Part shown: one piece after another, positions 20,594 to 30,274 of the stretch | How the letters are laid out: the number at the start of each line of letters is the position of its first letter | Numbering within the stretch: the first letter of the stretch is position 1 | Source: Halodesulfurarchaeum sp. | GTDB lineage: Archaea; Halobacteriota; Halobacteria; Halobacteriales; Halobacteriaceae | NCBI GenBank assembly: GCA_034520565.1 | Contig: JAXHNL010000002.1 | Location: forward strand, 96,001-160,000 | DNA: 64,000 nt | Direction: 5' to 3' | Made by a program: the position numbers and the translations under genes | The notes under the pieces: model-generated | What the model saw: the letters and a program-made list of their open reading frames with translations, nothing else | The model's database searches: none | What the model was told of the DNA's origin: nothing

Positions 20594-21166
20594 CTACTCG
20601 TCTTCGTACTTGATCGCGATCCCGTCCGGAACGGGCTGAAGCACGTAGTTCCCCGTCTGTCCCTGGCTGACGGGGGTGAAGTCGGCTGTAAACACGGTGC
20701 GAGTGTTCTCCCTGATGTCGAATTGCTGGTTGAACGTGAGCGGGGCTTCCCCTGGCACTTCTACAGTTGCCGAACTGCCGTCTTCGAGGGTTGCCTCGAC
20801 CCCGTCGGTGTCGAGCTGCAGGAACTCGTATGTCGAGACTTCGAGTTCTTGTTCGTCGACCAACTGCGTATTTCCGTCCTGTAACTCGACCAGGTCGGCC
20901 TCTTGCGGTTCGTCGTACTCGTGGTACTCGCGATCGGCAGGATCTTCACCGTCTTCGTCACCGGCCGCTGCCCCCTCGGGGCCGAGCCACATGCCGACGA
21001 TCGTAACGACACATGATTCGAAGTCGGCGATATCCCCTGGTTGATCGGTTACTTGTGTCGCAAGCGTGCCTGTCGATCCACTGCCGAGACAGCCTGCCAA
21101 TCCGACTGTTCCGAGCGTTGCGATTCCAACCGTCTTGATGTACGAGCGTCGATCGAGTTCGTTCAT
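20594..21166 (-). CDS. DUF4382-like Tat lipoprotein
   Basis: DRRSYI...LAGC; TDQPGDIADF; FTADFTP. Confidence 0.8.
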   Translation of the reverse strand: MNELDRRSYIKTVGIATLGTVGLAGCLGSGSTGTLATQVTDQPGDIADFESCVVTIVGMWLGPEGAAAGDEDGEDPADREYHEYDEPQEADLVELQDGNTQLVDEQELEVSTYEFLQLDTDGVEATLEDGSSATVEVPGEAPLTFNQQFDIRENTRTVFTADFTPVSQGQTGNYVLQPVPDGIAIKYEDE

Positions 21167-21585
21167 GATTGTATCCTCTGTTGTTTCCGGGTACAGTTGT
21201 CGGAATGCAGATGAACCACTTCCCCTGCAAGCACTGCGACGAGATCGTTTGCTCCGTTTTTCCCAGCCTTCATTTGGAATGGGTGGTTGCTTAAAATGGG
21301 GATATGGTCAACGCTGATTTGCCCGAATTAACCCCGCTTACGGGTTCCGACGGAGAAGCGGTGATCCGTGAACACCAATTGAGCGTTGACTTGGAGTGCG
21401 ACAGGAGACACAGCACGTCTCTTCACTGAAACGCTCGCTTCGAAAAAATCAGCAAGCGTCTCGAAGTGGGATGTGAGTCATTGACACTGAGTGTCCCAGT
21501 CACAACCTGCAAACGTCCCAGTTCGCCCGAAAACCGTCGTCACATTTATTAGATAGATCTGCAGAATGAGAACACGTGTTACACG

Positions 21586-21900
21586 ATGGCACGAGAAGAT
21601 GGCAAGCGAAACTTCGCACTGCGTGACCAGGACGGCGGAGAGGAGAGCGTCTTCTCCGGACAAACGCCCCGACAGGCCGCACTGAAGGCCGCCCGACGGG
21701 TGGACCCGTCCCCCAGTCAGGCGCGCGCAAAGGAGCAAACCACCGAGATCCGCCTCCGGGAGAAAGGCACCGACAAGGTGCACATCTACGACGCATGGGC
21801 GTGGGAGGAAGAAGCACCGCCGGACGCCCCAGAGTGGATGCCCGAACGGATCACGGAGGCAAACGTCTCAAAGCAGGGCACCCGCCACATGGAGAAGTGA
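21586..21900 (+). CDS. Non-histone chromosomal protein MC1
   Basis: KRNFALRD...FSGQTPRQAALKAA...LREKGTDKVH. Confidence 0.92.
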   Translation: MAREDGKRNFALRDQDGGEESVFSGQTPRQAALKAARRVDPSPSQARAKEQTTEIRLREKGTDKVHIYDAWAWEEEAPPDAPEWMPERITEANVSKQGTRHMEK

Positions 21901-22000
21901 TCGTCACATCGAGGAGTGTCCCGGAGAGGATTGATGGGACTGATTAAACCACGCGTACCCCATCCGAACGCCTATAACTGCCCCGTTACAACATGTCGAT

Positions 22001-22204
22001 ATGATCGAGGCTATCCCTCTCCAGGGTATCGGCGGCCTAGACGTGACCATCTCGTTACTTTGGGTAGTCTTCCTCCTGCTGGCCGTCTGGACGTACTTCG
22101 ACGCCGAGAAAAACAGCAGCCATCCGTCCATCCTCTGGGCACTCGTCGTCTTCATCGCACCGATTTTGGGGATTATTCTGTACTTCATCCTCGGCCGGAA
22201 CTAA
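22001..22204 (+). CDS. Small membrane protein (PLDc N-terminal-like)
   Basis: W..DA.....LWALVVF..PILGIILYF. Confidence 0.7.
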   Translation: MIEAIPLQGIGGLDVTISLLWVVFLLLAVWTYFDAEKNSSHPSILWALVVFIAPILGIILYFILGRN

Positions 22205-22299
22205 CGGTCCGTTGGCGGAGTTCGCAATGGTTGATCAAGGATAGCCGACTACTGCCACACTTGGGCCCGCACCGTCTCGCTGACGATCCTCGAAATCCG

Positions 22300-22370
22300 T
22301 GGTCCGTTCTGCCGGTGACTTCGTCCGACCGGGATGGTCAGTTCTGCCGGTGACTTCGTTCGACCAGGAT
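22300..22370. repeat. Two-copy ~35-bp direct repeat between convergent genes
   Basis: GTTCTGCCGGTGACTTCGT(C/T)CGACC(G/A)GGAT occurs twice. Confidence 0.75.
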
Positions 22371-22399
22371 TTGCCCGAGTGAACGGACGACGTTTCCAG

Positions 22400-23335
22400 T
22401 TACTGCAATTTCTCCTCGAGATGCTCGAGCATGTCCGCGGTCATCGACTCGAGGTCGTAGGTGTGCTCCCAGCCCCAGTCCTCGCGGGCCGCGGAGTCGT
22501 CGACGGCGTTCGGCCAGGAGTCCGCGATTTGCTGGCGGTCGTCGGGTTCGTAGTGGGCCTCGAAGTCCGGGAGGTGCTCCTGGATCGCCGCCGTGAGTTC
22601 GGTCGGGGTGAAGCTCAACGCGCCCACGTTGTACGAGCAGGGGTACTCGAGGTCGTCCCGATCGGCGGTGGCGATCCCGATGAGGGCGTCGATTGCGTCG
22701 GCCATGTACATCATCGGCAGTTCGGTGTTTTCGTGAACGAAGTAGGTGTACTCGCCGTTCTCGATGGCCTCGTAGAACACCTCGACGGCGTAGTCGGTGG
22801 TGCCACCCCCGGGCAGCGTCTTGTGACTGATGATGCCCGGGAGTCGGACCCCGCGAACGTCCAGTCCATAGTTCCAGCTGTAGTAGTTCCCCATGTGCTC
22901 GCCGAAGACCTTCGAGATCCCGTAGATGGTTCGTGGTGCGAGAGTGGTCATCTCACCCGGGTTCGGCGGCGTTTCGGGGCCGAAAACGGCGATCGAACTC
23001 GGAACGACGAGGCGGTCGAGCCCGTGTTCCCGACCGGCCTCGAGGACGTTGTGCATCCCGTCGATGTTCACCTCGAAGGCGAGTTGGGGCTTTTCCTCAC
23101 CGCGCGCGGAGAGGATCGCCGCGAGATGGAACACGGTGTCGACATCGTACTCCACGAGGGCCGCGGAGAGGGCTGCTCTGTCCCTGACGTCGATCTCTTC
23201 GGTGGGTCCGGACTCGTCGTCGGGTTCCGTGATGTCCGTCGCCACGACCGTTTCCACGTCGTCTCGTTCCCGCAGCGCCGGAACGAGTTCGGAGCCGATC
23301 TGTCCGCGAGCACCGGTCACCAGAACGTTCTGCAT
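22400..23335 (-). CDS. tdh: L-threonine 3-dehydrogenase (SDR/epimerase type)
   Basis: VTGARGQIG, HLAAILSA, PSSIAVFG, YGISK, PGGGTTDYAV, RQQIADSWP. Confidence 0.85.
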   Translation of the reverse strand: MQNVLVTGARGQIGSELVPALRERDDVETVVATDITEPDDESGPTEEIDVRDRAALSAALVEYDVDTVFHLAAILSARGEEKPQLAFEVNIDGMHNVLEAGREHGLDRLVVPSSIAVFGPETPPNPGEMTTLAPRTIYGISKVFGEHMGNYYSWNYGLDVRGVRLPGIISHKTLPGGGTTDYAVEVFYEAIENGEYTYFVHENTELPMMYMADAIDALIGIATADRDDLEYPCSYNVGALSFTPTELTAAIQEHLPDFEAHYEPDDRQQIADSWPNAVDDSAAREDWGWEHTYDLESMTADMLEHLEEKLQ

Positions 23336-23491
23336 ACGCCGAAATCTGTGCGGGACGCTAATAACACACGTGATTTTTCCCTGCTGAGGGTCGTCGCCAA
23401 TCGCCACGGGTGAACAGGTTCGACGCATCGCCGAGCAGCCAATACTGTCGAAGTGACACCATTCAAGTCCACCCATCCCATAGCGCGGTTC

Positions 23492-26257
23492 ATGCAAGCC
23501 ACCGGCCCCTTTGGGGCACTTCGGGAATTCGAACACGACGGCGAGTCGTATCGCATCGCCGATCTCACGGTCCTCGAGGAGGAGGGCCTCTGCGAACTCG
23601 ACGACCTGCCCGTCAGTATCCGACTGCTGCTCGAGTCGGTCCTCCGCCAGGCTGACGGGGAGAACATCACCGAAGAAGACGTCCGGAACGCGGCCGCGTG
23701 GGAACCTGACGTCCCGGAGGCGGAAGTCCCGTTCACCCCGTCCCGGGTGGTCCTCCAGGACCTCACCGGGGTACCGGCGGTCGTGGACCTTGCCGCGCTC
23801 CGATCGGCAGCCGAGCGCAAGGGCCGGGACCCGTCGATCGTCGAACCGGAGATCCCGGCCGACCTCGTCATCGACCACAGCGTCCAGGTGGACTACTACG
23901 GCTCCGGGGACGCCTTCCGGAAGAACGTCGAGATGGAGTACGAGCGAAACGCGGAGCGCTACCGGGCGATCAAGTGGGCCAACCAGGCCTTCGAGGACTT
24001 CAGCGTGGTGCCGCCGGGAACGGGCATCGTCCATCAGGTCAACCTCGAATACCTGGGCCGGGTCGTCCACGACCGCGAGAAAGACGGCGAGAACTGGCTC
24101 CTGCCGGACACGCTCGTCGGCACCGACAGCCACACGCCGATGATCGGCGGAATCGGGGTCATGGGCTGGGGCGTGGGCGGCATCGAGGCCGAAGCGGCCC
24201 TCCTCGGCCAACCGGTCACAATGAAACTCCCGGAGGTCGTCGGCGTCAAGTTGACGGGCGAACTGCCCGAGGGGGCCACCGCAACCGACCTGGTCCTCCA
24301 CGTCACCGAGAAGCTCCGGCAGGTGGGCGTCGTCGATCGCTTCGTCGAGTTTTACGGCCCGGGCGTCTCCGAGTTGACCGTCGCCGACCGGGCGACGATC
24401 TCGAACATGGCCCCCGAACAGGGCTCGACGATCAGCATGTTCCCGGTGGACGAGGCGACACTCGATTACCTCGAACTCACGGGTCGGGATCCGGAACACG
24501 TCGATCTCGTCGAAGCGTACCTGAAGGCACAGGGGCTCTTCGGCGAACAGAACCCCGAGTATACCGAATCGGTCGAACTCGACCTCGGGGACATCGAGCC
24601 CAGCCTGGCCGGGCCGAGCGAACCGGACCAGCGCATTCCGATGGGCGAGATGCGCTCCCACTTCAGGGAACTCGTCGCTGGTGAGACCGGGTACGGCGAC
24701 CTCGACGACGATGCCCTCAACCGGTGGCTGGAGAACGGCGGCTCTGCCGTGTCCCTCGAAGAGAGCGACGAGTTGCCCGTCGGCGATCTCAACGAGAAGT
24801 ACGAGATCGAGATGCCAAACGGGCGAACCACGGAGTTCGGCCACGGCTCCATCGCCGTCAGCGCCATCACGTCCTGTACGAACACCTCGAACCCCTCCGT
24901 GATGATCGCCGCCGGCTTGCTTGCTCGAAACGCCGTCGAGGCGGGCATCGACGTCCCGCCACACGTGAAGACCAGCCTCGCCCCCGGAAGCCAGGTCGTC
25001 ACCGAGTACCTCGAGGAGTCGGGGCTGCTCGAGGATCTCGAGGCGCTTGGCTACCACGTCGTCGGGTACGGCTGCACCACCTGCATCGGGAACGCTGGCC
25101 CACTACCGGATCCCGTCGAGGACGTCATCGACGAGCAGGACCTCTGGGCCACGAGCGTGCTCTCGGGCAACCGCAATTTCGAGGCGCGGATCCATCCGAA
25201 GATCCGGGCGAACTACCTCGCCAGCCCCCCGTTGGTCGTGGCCTTCGGACTCGCCGGTCGCATCGACGTCGATCTGGAGACCGATCCGCTCGGGTACGAC
25301 CCCAACGGCGAACCGGTCTTCCTCGAGGACATCTGGCCGGATCCACAGGAGATCCACGAGGTCATGACTGCAAGCGTCCATCGGGAGATGTTCGAGGAGA
25401 AGTACGACTCGGTACACGAGGGAGACGAACTCTGGAACGATCTCGAAGCCCCGACCGGTGACGTTTACGAGTGGGACGAGGAGTCCACGTACATCCGCGA
25501 GCCGCCGTTCTTCAAGGACTTCCCGCTGGAGAAGCCGGGTGTCGAGAACGTCGAGGACGCCCGCTGTCTCATGACCCTGGGGGACACGGTAACGACCGAC
25601 CACATCAGCCCAGCCGGGCCGTTCGGCCCGGACCTGCCGGCGGGTCAGTGGCTCATGGATCAGGGGGTTGATCCGGTCGATTTCAACACCTACGGCTCCC
25701 GCCGGGGCAACCACGAGGTCATGATGCGGGGGACCTTCGCGAACGTCCGCATCGAGAACGAGATGCTCGACGGAACGGAGGGGGGGTACACGATCCATCA
25801 TCCGACCGGGGAGGAAACCACCGTTTTCGAAGCCAGCGAACGGTATCGCGAGGACGACACGCCACTCGTCGTAATGTCCGGGATCGAGTTCGGAACCGGA
25901 TCGAGCCGGGACTGGGCCGCGAAAGGGACGGACCTGCTCGGAATTCGGGCCACCATCGCGGAGAGCTACGAGCGCATTTACCGGGACAACCTCATCGGGA
26001 TGGGCGTCCTACCACTCCAGTTCGCCGAGGGCGATTCCTGGGAATCACTCGGACTCGACGGCACCGAACGCTACAAGATCGCCGGACTCGAAAATGGCCT
26101 CTCCGTGAACGCGGAACTGACCGTCACCGCGACCCACGAGGACGGATCGACGACCACCGTCCCCGTAACCGCCCAGGTCGGGACGCCGGCTGGAGTCGAG
26201 TACGTCGAGCAGGGGGGTATTCTGCACTTCGTGCTTCGGCGACTCCTGACAGAGTAG
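23492..26257 (+). CDS. acnA: Aconitate hydratase A
   Basis: LVIDHSVQVD, GTDSHT, AITSCTNTSNP, GYGCTTCIGN, TTDHISPAG, GSSRDWAAKG. Confidence 0.96.
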   Translation: MQATGPFGALREFEHDGESYRIADLTVLEEEGLCELDDLPVSIRLLLESVLRQADGENITEEDVRNAAAWEPDVPEAEVPFTPSRVVLQDLTGVPAVVDLAALRSAAERKGRDPSIVEPEIPADLVIDHSVQVDYYGSGDAFRKNVEMEYERNAERYRAIKWANQAFEDFSVVPPGTGIVHQVNLEYLGRVVHDREKDGENWLLPDTLVGTDSHTPMIGGIGVMGWGVGGIEAEAALLGQPVTMKLPEVVGVKLTGELPEGATATDLVLHVTEKLRQVGVVDRFVEFYGPGVSELTVADRATISNMAPEQGSTISMFPVDEATLDYLELTGRDPEHVDLVEAYLKAQGLFGEQNPEYTESVELDLGDIEPSLAGPSEPDQRIPMGEMRSHFRELVAGETGYGDLDDDALNRWLENGGSAVSLEESDELPVGDLNEKYEIEMPNGRTTEFGHGSIAVSAITSCTNTSNPSVMIAAGLLARNAVEAGIDVPPHVKTSLAPGSQVVTEYLEESGLLEDLEALGYHVVGYGCTTCIGNAGPLPDPVEDVIDEQDLWATSVLSGNRNFEARIHPKIRANYLASPPLVVAFGLAGRIDVDLETDPLGYDPNGEPVFLEDIWPDPQEIHEVMTASVHREMFEEKYDSVHEGDELWNDLEAPTGDVYEWDEESTYIREPPFFKDFPLEKPGVENVEDARCLMTLGDTVTTDHISPAGPFGPDLPAGQWLMDQGVDPVDFNTYGSRRGNHEVMMRGTFANVRIENEMLDGTEGGYTIHHPTGEETTVFEASERYREDDTPLVVMSGIEFGTGSSRDWAAKGTDLLGIRATIAESYERIYRDNLIGMGVLPLQFAEGDSWESLGLDGTERYKIAGLENGLSVNAELTVTATHEDGSTTTVPVTAQVGTPAGVEYVEQGGILHFVLRRLLTE

Positions 26258-26441
26258 GTGAGACACTCACACCAGATATTGTGACTGCTCTCTCGGTGGC
26301 CAATGGGGTCGAAATCGTGTTGTCGCGCCAATTAATTCGATTTCGACGGGTCGAATGTGATGGACAGTCGAGGTGTCGAATGTGATGGACAGCCGTCAAA
26401 CGACCAAAGGTTTATCGCGATGGTCTCTCATCAACCGTTTG

Positions 26442-27989
26442 ATGAGTCCTCGGCTGAATTACGGCGGCCTGGTCATCGCCGGAGTGGGATTTTTCCTCAC
26501 GCGGTTCACCGTGACACTCGCCATCGGGGACCCCCGCCAATTCTACCTCGCCGGCGTCGTGCCACTTCTGTTGGGGCTCGGGTTGGCGGCATTCGGCGTC
26601 GCCTTAACTGTCGCCGACGTCGATGCGGCACTCGTCAGGACGACAGCGATCTGGTGTGTCCTCGGTGCCGGGTCGATGCTGGTCCTTGTCGTCCTCACGC
26701 TTTTGGGTTCAAGCCCCGACGGTGCCCTGAATCTCGAGACCGTTCGGTCCCAGACCACACTCTCGACCTTCCTCATCGGCGGAAGTGTCGGAGGGACACT
26801 GACCGGGCTCTACGCTGCTCGTAACCGAAGACAGCGCGACGAACTCGCCCAACAAACAAACAGGCTCTGGGTGCTCAACCGAATCCTTCGCCACGAGGTT
26901 CTCAACGCGGTGACCGTGATTCGCGGATATTCGACACTTGACAGCGATGAATACGATACCGGCAAACGGATCGAGGAGTACTCGGAAAGTATCGAGCAAA
27001 CGATCGAAGAGGTAAAGCACCTCACCCGCACGGGCACGGCGAGGGAAGCGTCGACCGGTGCCGTCGATCTGAAAGACCATCTGGAAGCGAGTGCCGAGTC
27101 GGTACGCGAACAATTCCCGGACGCGGATATCTCCCTCGAGATGCCCGCCGGGGAGTTAACTGTTCGAGCCAACGAACGGCTGACACAGGTTTTCACGCCA
27201 CTAATCGAGAATGCCGTCGTCCATGCTTCCCGACAGCCACCGACGGTCGAGATCGGGGTGACGACGACTGCGGCAATGGTCCGGATTTCCGTCACTGACG
27301 ATGGGCCGGGCCTTCCCCAGCGCCACCGAGCGTTGCTGGAAACTGGCGAGATCGAGGAGTTCGACGACCCCACAACGGGGTTCGATCTCAATCTCGTTCG
27401 GCTCCTCGTCGAAAACTACGAGGGGAGAATCGAGACCGAGGTGAACGACGGCACGACAGTGGAGGTCGTCCTGATGCGAGCGGGGGACACGGGAACGAGT
27501 GTCGAACCGAGCCGGTCGCGGTTGACGGGCGTCAGTCCGGCTACCCCGCATCTGGTAGTCACCCTCGGAGCGGCGCTACTCGCCGGTATTCCGTATGGCA
27601 TCGTGGCCGAACAACTCGGCGGATCGATCGCGGCAATCGGCGTCTTCTACGGGGTCAATGACCCGATCGTCGGGTGGCTCACCCACGAATTCCACAGTGC
27701 CGTGTTCGGGTTCGTGTTCGCGGGGATCGTCTCGCTGGCGCCGGCCCGCTACACCAATCATGTCCCCGCCTACGTGGCAATGGGAATCGGCTGGGGCCTC
27801 ACACTCTGGGCACTGGCAGCCGGGTTCGTTGCACCCCTCTGGCTCAATCTGCTGGGCATCTCCATGCCGATCCCGACGTTCTCGACGGTGATACTCCTGA
27901 GCCACCTCGCCTGGGGGATCTCACTTGGCGTACTCACCGCACTCGGTTACAGACACGTCACGCCGTGGCTCGTTCGGCTCCGGCGGTGA
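26442..27989 (+). CDS. Membrane-bound histidine kinase-like protein with N- and C-terminal TM domains
   Basis: RILRHEVLN H-box, ENAVVH, DDGPG; 4 N-terminal and ~4-5 C-terminal TM helices. Confidence 0.8.
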   Translation: MSPRLNYGGLVIAGVGFFLTRFTVTLAIGDPRQFYLAGVVPLLLGLGLAAFGVALTVADVDAALVRTTAIWCVLGAGSMLVLVVLTLLGSSPDGALNLETVRSQTTLSTFLIGGSVGGTLTGLYAARNRRQRDELAQQTNRLWVLNRILRHEVLNAVTVIRGYSTLDSDEYDTGKRIEEYSESIEQTIEEVKHLTRTGTAREASTGAVDLKDHLEASAESVREQFPDADISLEMPAGELTVRANERLTQVFTPLIENAVVHASRQPPTVEIGVTTTAAMVRISVTDDGPGLPQRHRALLETGEIEEFDDPTTGFDLNLVRLLVENYEGRIETEVNDGTTVEVVLMRAGDTGTSVEPSRSRLTGVSPATPHLVVTLGAALLAGIPYGIVAEQLGGSIAAIGVFYGVNDPIVGWLTHEFHSAVFGFVFAGIVSLAPARYTNHVPAYVAMGIGWGLTLWALAAGFVAPLWLNLLGISMPIPTFSTVILLSHLAWGISLGVLTALGYRHVTPWLVRLRR

Positions 27990-28296
27990 CAGAAGCTTCC
28001 TTCCTGCTCAACGAGTGTCCGTGAACCACGTTCGGTTGAGTGGTATCGTTGTTGAGTGCTATACGTGAGCGGACATGCTACAGGTTCACACCCCCACAGT
28101 AGAGAACGTCGGTTCGCTGTCTTCGTGAAAACTCTGCAGTTCCCGCGAAGTGCTCGCCACGTCTGCGGAGCGCCGACACCGGTCAATTTCGAAAATCCGG
28201 GCCATCGGGAACTGGCGCTGGGCTGCCGACAGAACTGCGTTCCCGCTCCATCGTGACGTGGGAAAAGATTACGCCGCCGGCAGCCGGGTCGACGGT

Positions 28297-29103
28297 ATGG
28301 GCGAACGCGAGGCCATCGAGCGGGTCGACGAGCCCGTCACGATGGCAGCCATCGCAGCCGACCTCCGAGCGCTCGGCGTCGAATCCGGCGATACGCTCTT
28401 CGTGCATACCTCACTTTCGTCAATCGGCTGGGTGAGCGGCGGTGCCCAGGCCGTCGTCGAGGCACTCCTTGCGGCGGTCGGTCCGAATGGGACACTCGTC
28501 ATGCCCGCGCATACGGGCCAGTACACCGACCCCGACGACTGGGAGAACCCCCCGATTCCCGACGACTGGGTCCAGACGGTCAGGGACACCCGCCCGCCGT
28601 TCGACCCGGACCGCACGCCAAGTCGGGGGGTCGGACGGGTCCCCGAGACGTTTCGGCAGCATCCGAACGCGATCCGGAGCGATCACCCGCTGTATTCGGT
28701 CTCCGCGCTCGGAGCGAATGCGGACCGGATCGCCGGTTCGCATCCGGACGACTACGGCCTCGGTCCGGAATCGCCACTCGGGACCATCTACGATCTCGAC
28801 GGGGCGGTGCTCATGCTCGGAACGACCCACGAGACGAACACGTCACTCCACCTCGCCGAACACATCGCCGACGTGGAGCAGGCAGAGCAAACCCGGCGGG
28901 CACCGGTCCGCCGCGGTGGCGAGCGCGTCGAGATCGAGTACCGGGACATCGAACTCGAGACTGACGATTTCGCCGCCGTCGGGGCGGATTTCGAGGCCGA
29001 CGTGGACCCGTCGATCGGGACCGTCAGCGTCGCTGAGAGCAAACTGTTCGACATGCGGACACTCGTCGACTACGCCACCGAGTGGTTCGAGCGGAACCGG
29101 TAG
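28297..29103 (+). CDS. AAC(3)/YokD family N-acetyltransferase
   Basis: FVHTSLSSIGWV.GGA, GTLVMPA, RSDHP, NTSLHLAE. Confidence 0.88.
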   Translation: MGEREAIERVDEPVTMAAIAADLRALGVESGDTLFVHTSLSSIGWVSGGAQAVVEALLAAVGPNGTLVMPAHTGQYTDPDDWENPPIPDDWVQTVRDTRPPFDPDRTPSRGVGRVPETFRQHPNAIRSDHPLYSVSALGANADRIAGSHPDDYGLGPESPLGTIYDLDGAVLMLGTTHETNTSLHLAEHIADVEQAEQTRRAPVRRGGERVEIEYRDIELETDDFAAVGADFEADVDPSIGTVSVAESKLFDMRTLVDYATEWFERNR

Positions 29104-29188
29104 GCTGTCGGTGGCATGACGGTCGAATGGGACTGAGGTTCCCGGAAAGACAACAGGTATTTTGCTTGTCCAAGCTGAGTTGTTGATA

Positions 29189-30274
29189 ATGGGGCTCCGA
29201 ACCCGGACGCTCACGTGGAGTGGGGTTCTCGCCGCGCTGTTGTTCGCCATCGTCACGGCGAGTGCCGGTATTGGGCCCGTCTCGATCGCCCCGGTGGACG
29301 TGCTGAAGGTGCTTCTCAACCAATTGGCGGTTCCGACCTCCGTCTCGTTCACCGGCACGCTCTCGCTCGGAGGCGTCACGCTGCCGTTTTTCGCACTCGG
29401 GTTCACCGAGGTCTTCCACTTCGACCTTCCCCGGACGGTCACGACCATCGTCTGGACGGTCCGCATGCCACGAATCGTCCTCGGCGCCCTCGTCGGCTTC
29501 GCCCTCGCCGTCGCCGGCGCGGTCATGCAGGGCTTTTTCCGCAACCCCATGGCCGATCCGTCCATCATCGGGGTTTCGACCGGGGCCGCCGTGGGAGCCG
29601 TCGCCGCCATCGTCCTCCCCGTTCCGATCGGACTCCGGGCCGCCGCCTTCGTCACCGGGCTGATCGCGGCCTTCGGCGTCTACCTCATCGCAACCGAAAA
29701 CGGCCGGACGCCCGTCGCGACCCTGCTTCTCGCCGGGGTGGCGGTGCAGACGTTTCTCGGCGCGGTCATCTCGTTCATGCTCACCATGGGCGGTCAGAGC
29801 CTCGAACAGGCCGTCTACTGGCTGATGGGGCACCTCCACAACGCCACCTGGGACGAGGTCGGGTTTGCCTTTCTCTTCGTTCCCGCCCTGTTTCTCGTCC
29901 TCGCCTGGTACAGTCGCGACCTCAACGTGCTCCTCCTGGGCGAGGAAGACGCCGCGACCCTTGGCATCGAGGTCGAGCGAACCAAGCGAATCCTCCTGGG
30001 CGTTTCGAGCCTGATCACGGCCGCAGCCGTCGCCGTCTCGGGTGTCATCGGGTTCGTCGGGCTGATCGTCCCACACATGATGCGGCTCGTCGTGGGCCCG
30101 GACCACCGGATCCTGTTACCGACGAGCGCGGTCGCGGGGGCGGCCTTTCTGGTGGCCACGGACACCGTCGCGAGAACCTGGGCCGGAGAAATCCCGGTCG
30201 GAATCGTCACGGCGGCCCTCGGCGCGCCGTTTTTCCTCTTCCTCCTCCGCCGCCGGGAGGTGCACGCGCTATGA
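29189..30274 (+). CDS. btuC: Cobalamin/Fe-siderophore ABC transporter permease
   Basis: RMPRI, FRNPMADPSIIG, GEEDAATLG, GVIGFVGLIVPH. Confidence 0.85.
   Translation: MGLRTRTLTWSGVLAALLFAIVTASAGIGPVSIAPVDVLKVLLNQLAVPTSVSFTGTLSLGGVTLPFFALGFTEVFHFDLPRTVTTIVWTVRMPRIVLGALVGFALAVAGAVMQGFFRNPMADPSIIGVSTGAAVGAVAAIVLPVPIGLRAAAFVTGLIAAFGVYLIATENGRTPVATLLLAGVAVQTFLGAVISFMLTMGGQSLEQAVYWLMGHLHNATWDEVGFAFLFVPALFLVLAWYSRDLNVLLLGEEDAATLGIEVERTKRILLGVSSLITAAAVAVSGVIGFVGLIVPHMMRLVVGPDHRILLPTSAVAGAAFLVATDTVARTWAGEIPVGIVTAALGAPFFLFLLRRREVHAL

Noticed and set aside
22400-25057. 885-aa minus-strand ORF and other long Arg-rich ORFs (e.g. 29215-30270 extension, 2432-3343, 31510-33081)
   Set aside because: Shadow or antisense frames of high-GC genes; only the acidic, motif-bearing parts were accepted.
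28297-29103. Acquired aminoglycoside resistance gene
   Set aside because: YokD-like AAC(3) homologs are common chromosomal genes, and there is no mobile context.
29104-29188. Cobalamin riboswitch upstream of btuC
   Set aside because: The spacer is too short and has no recognisable B12-box.
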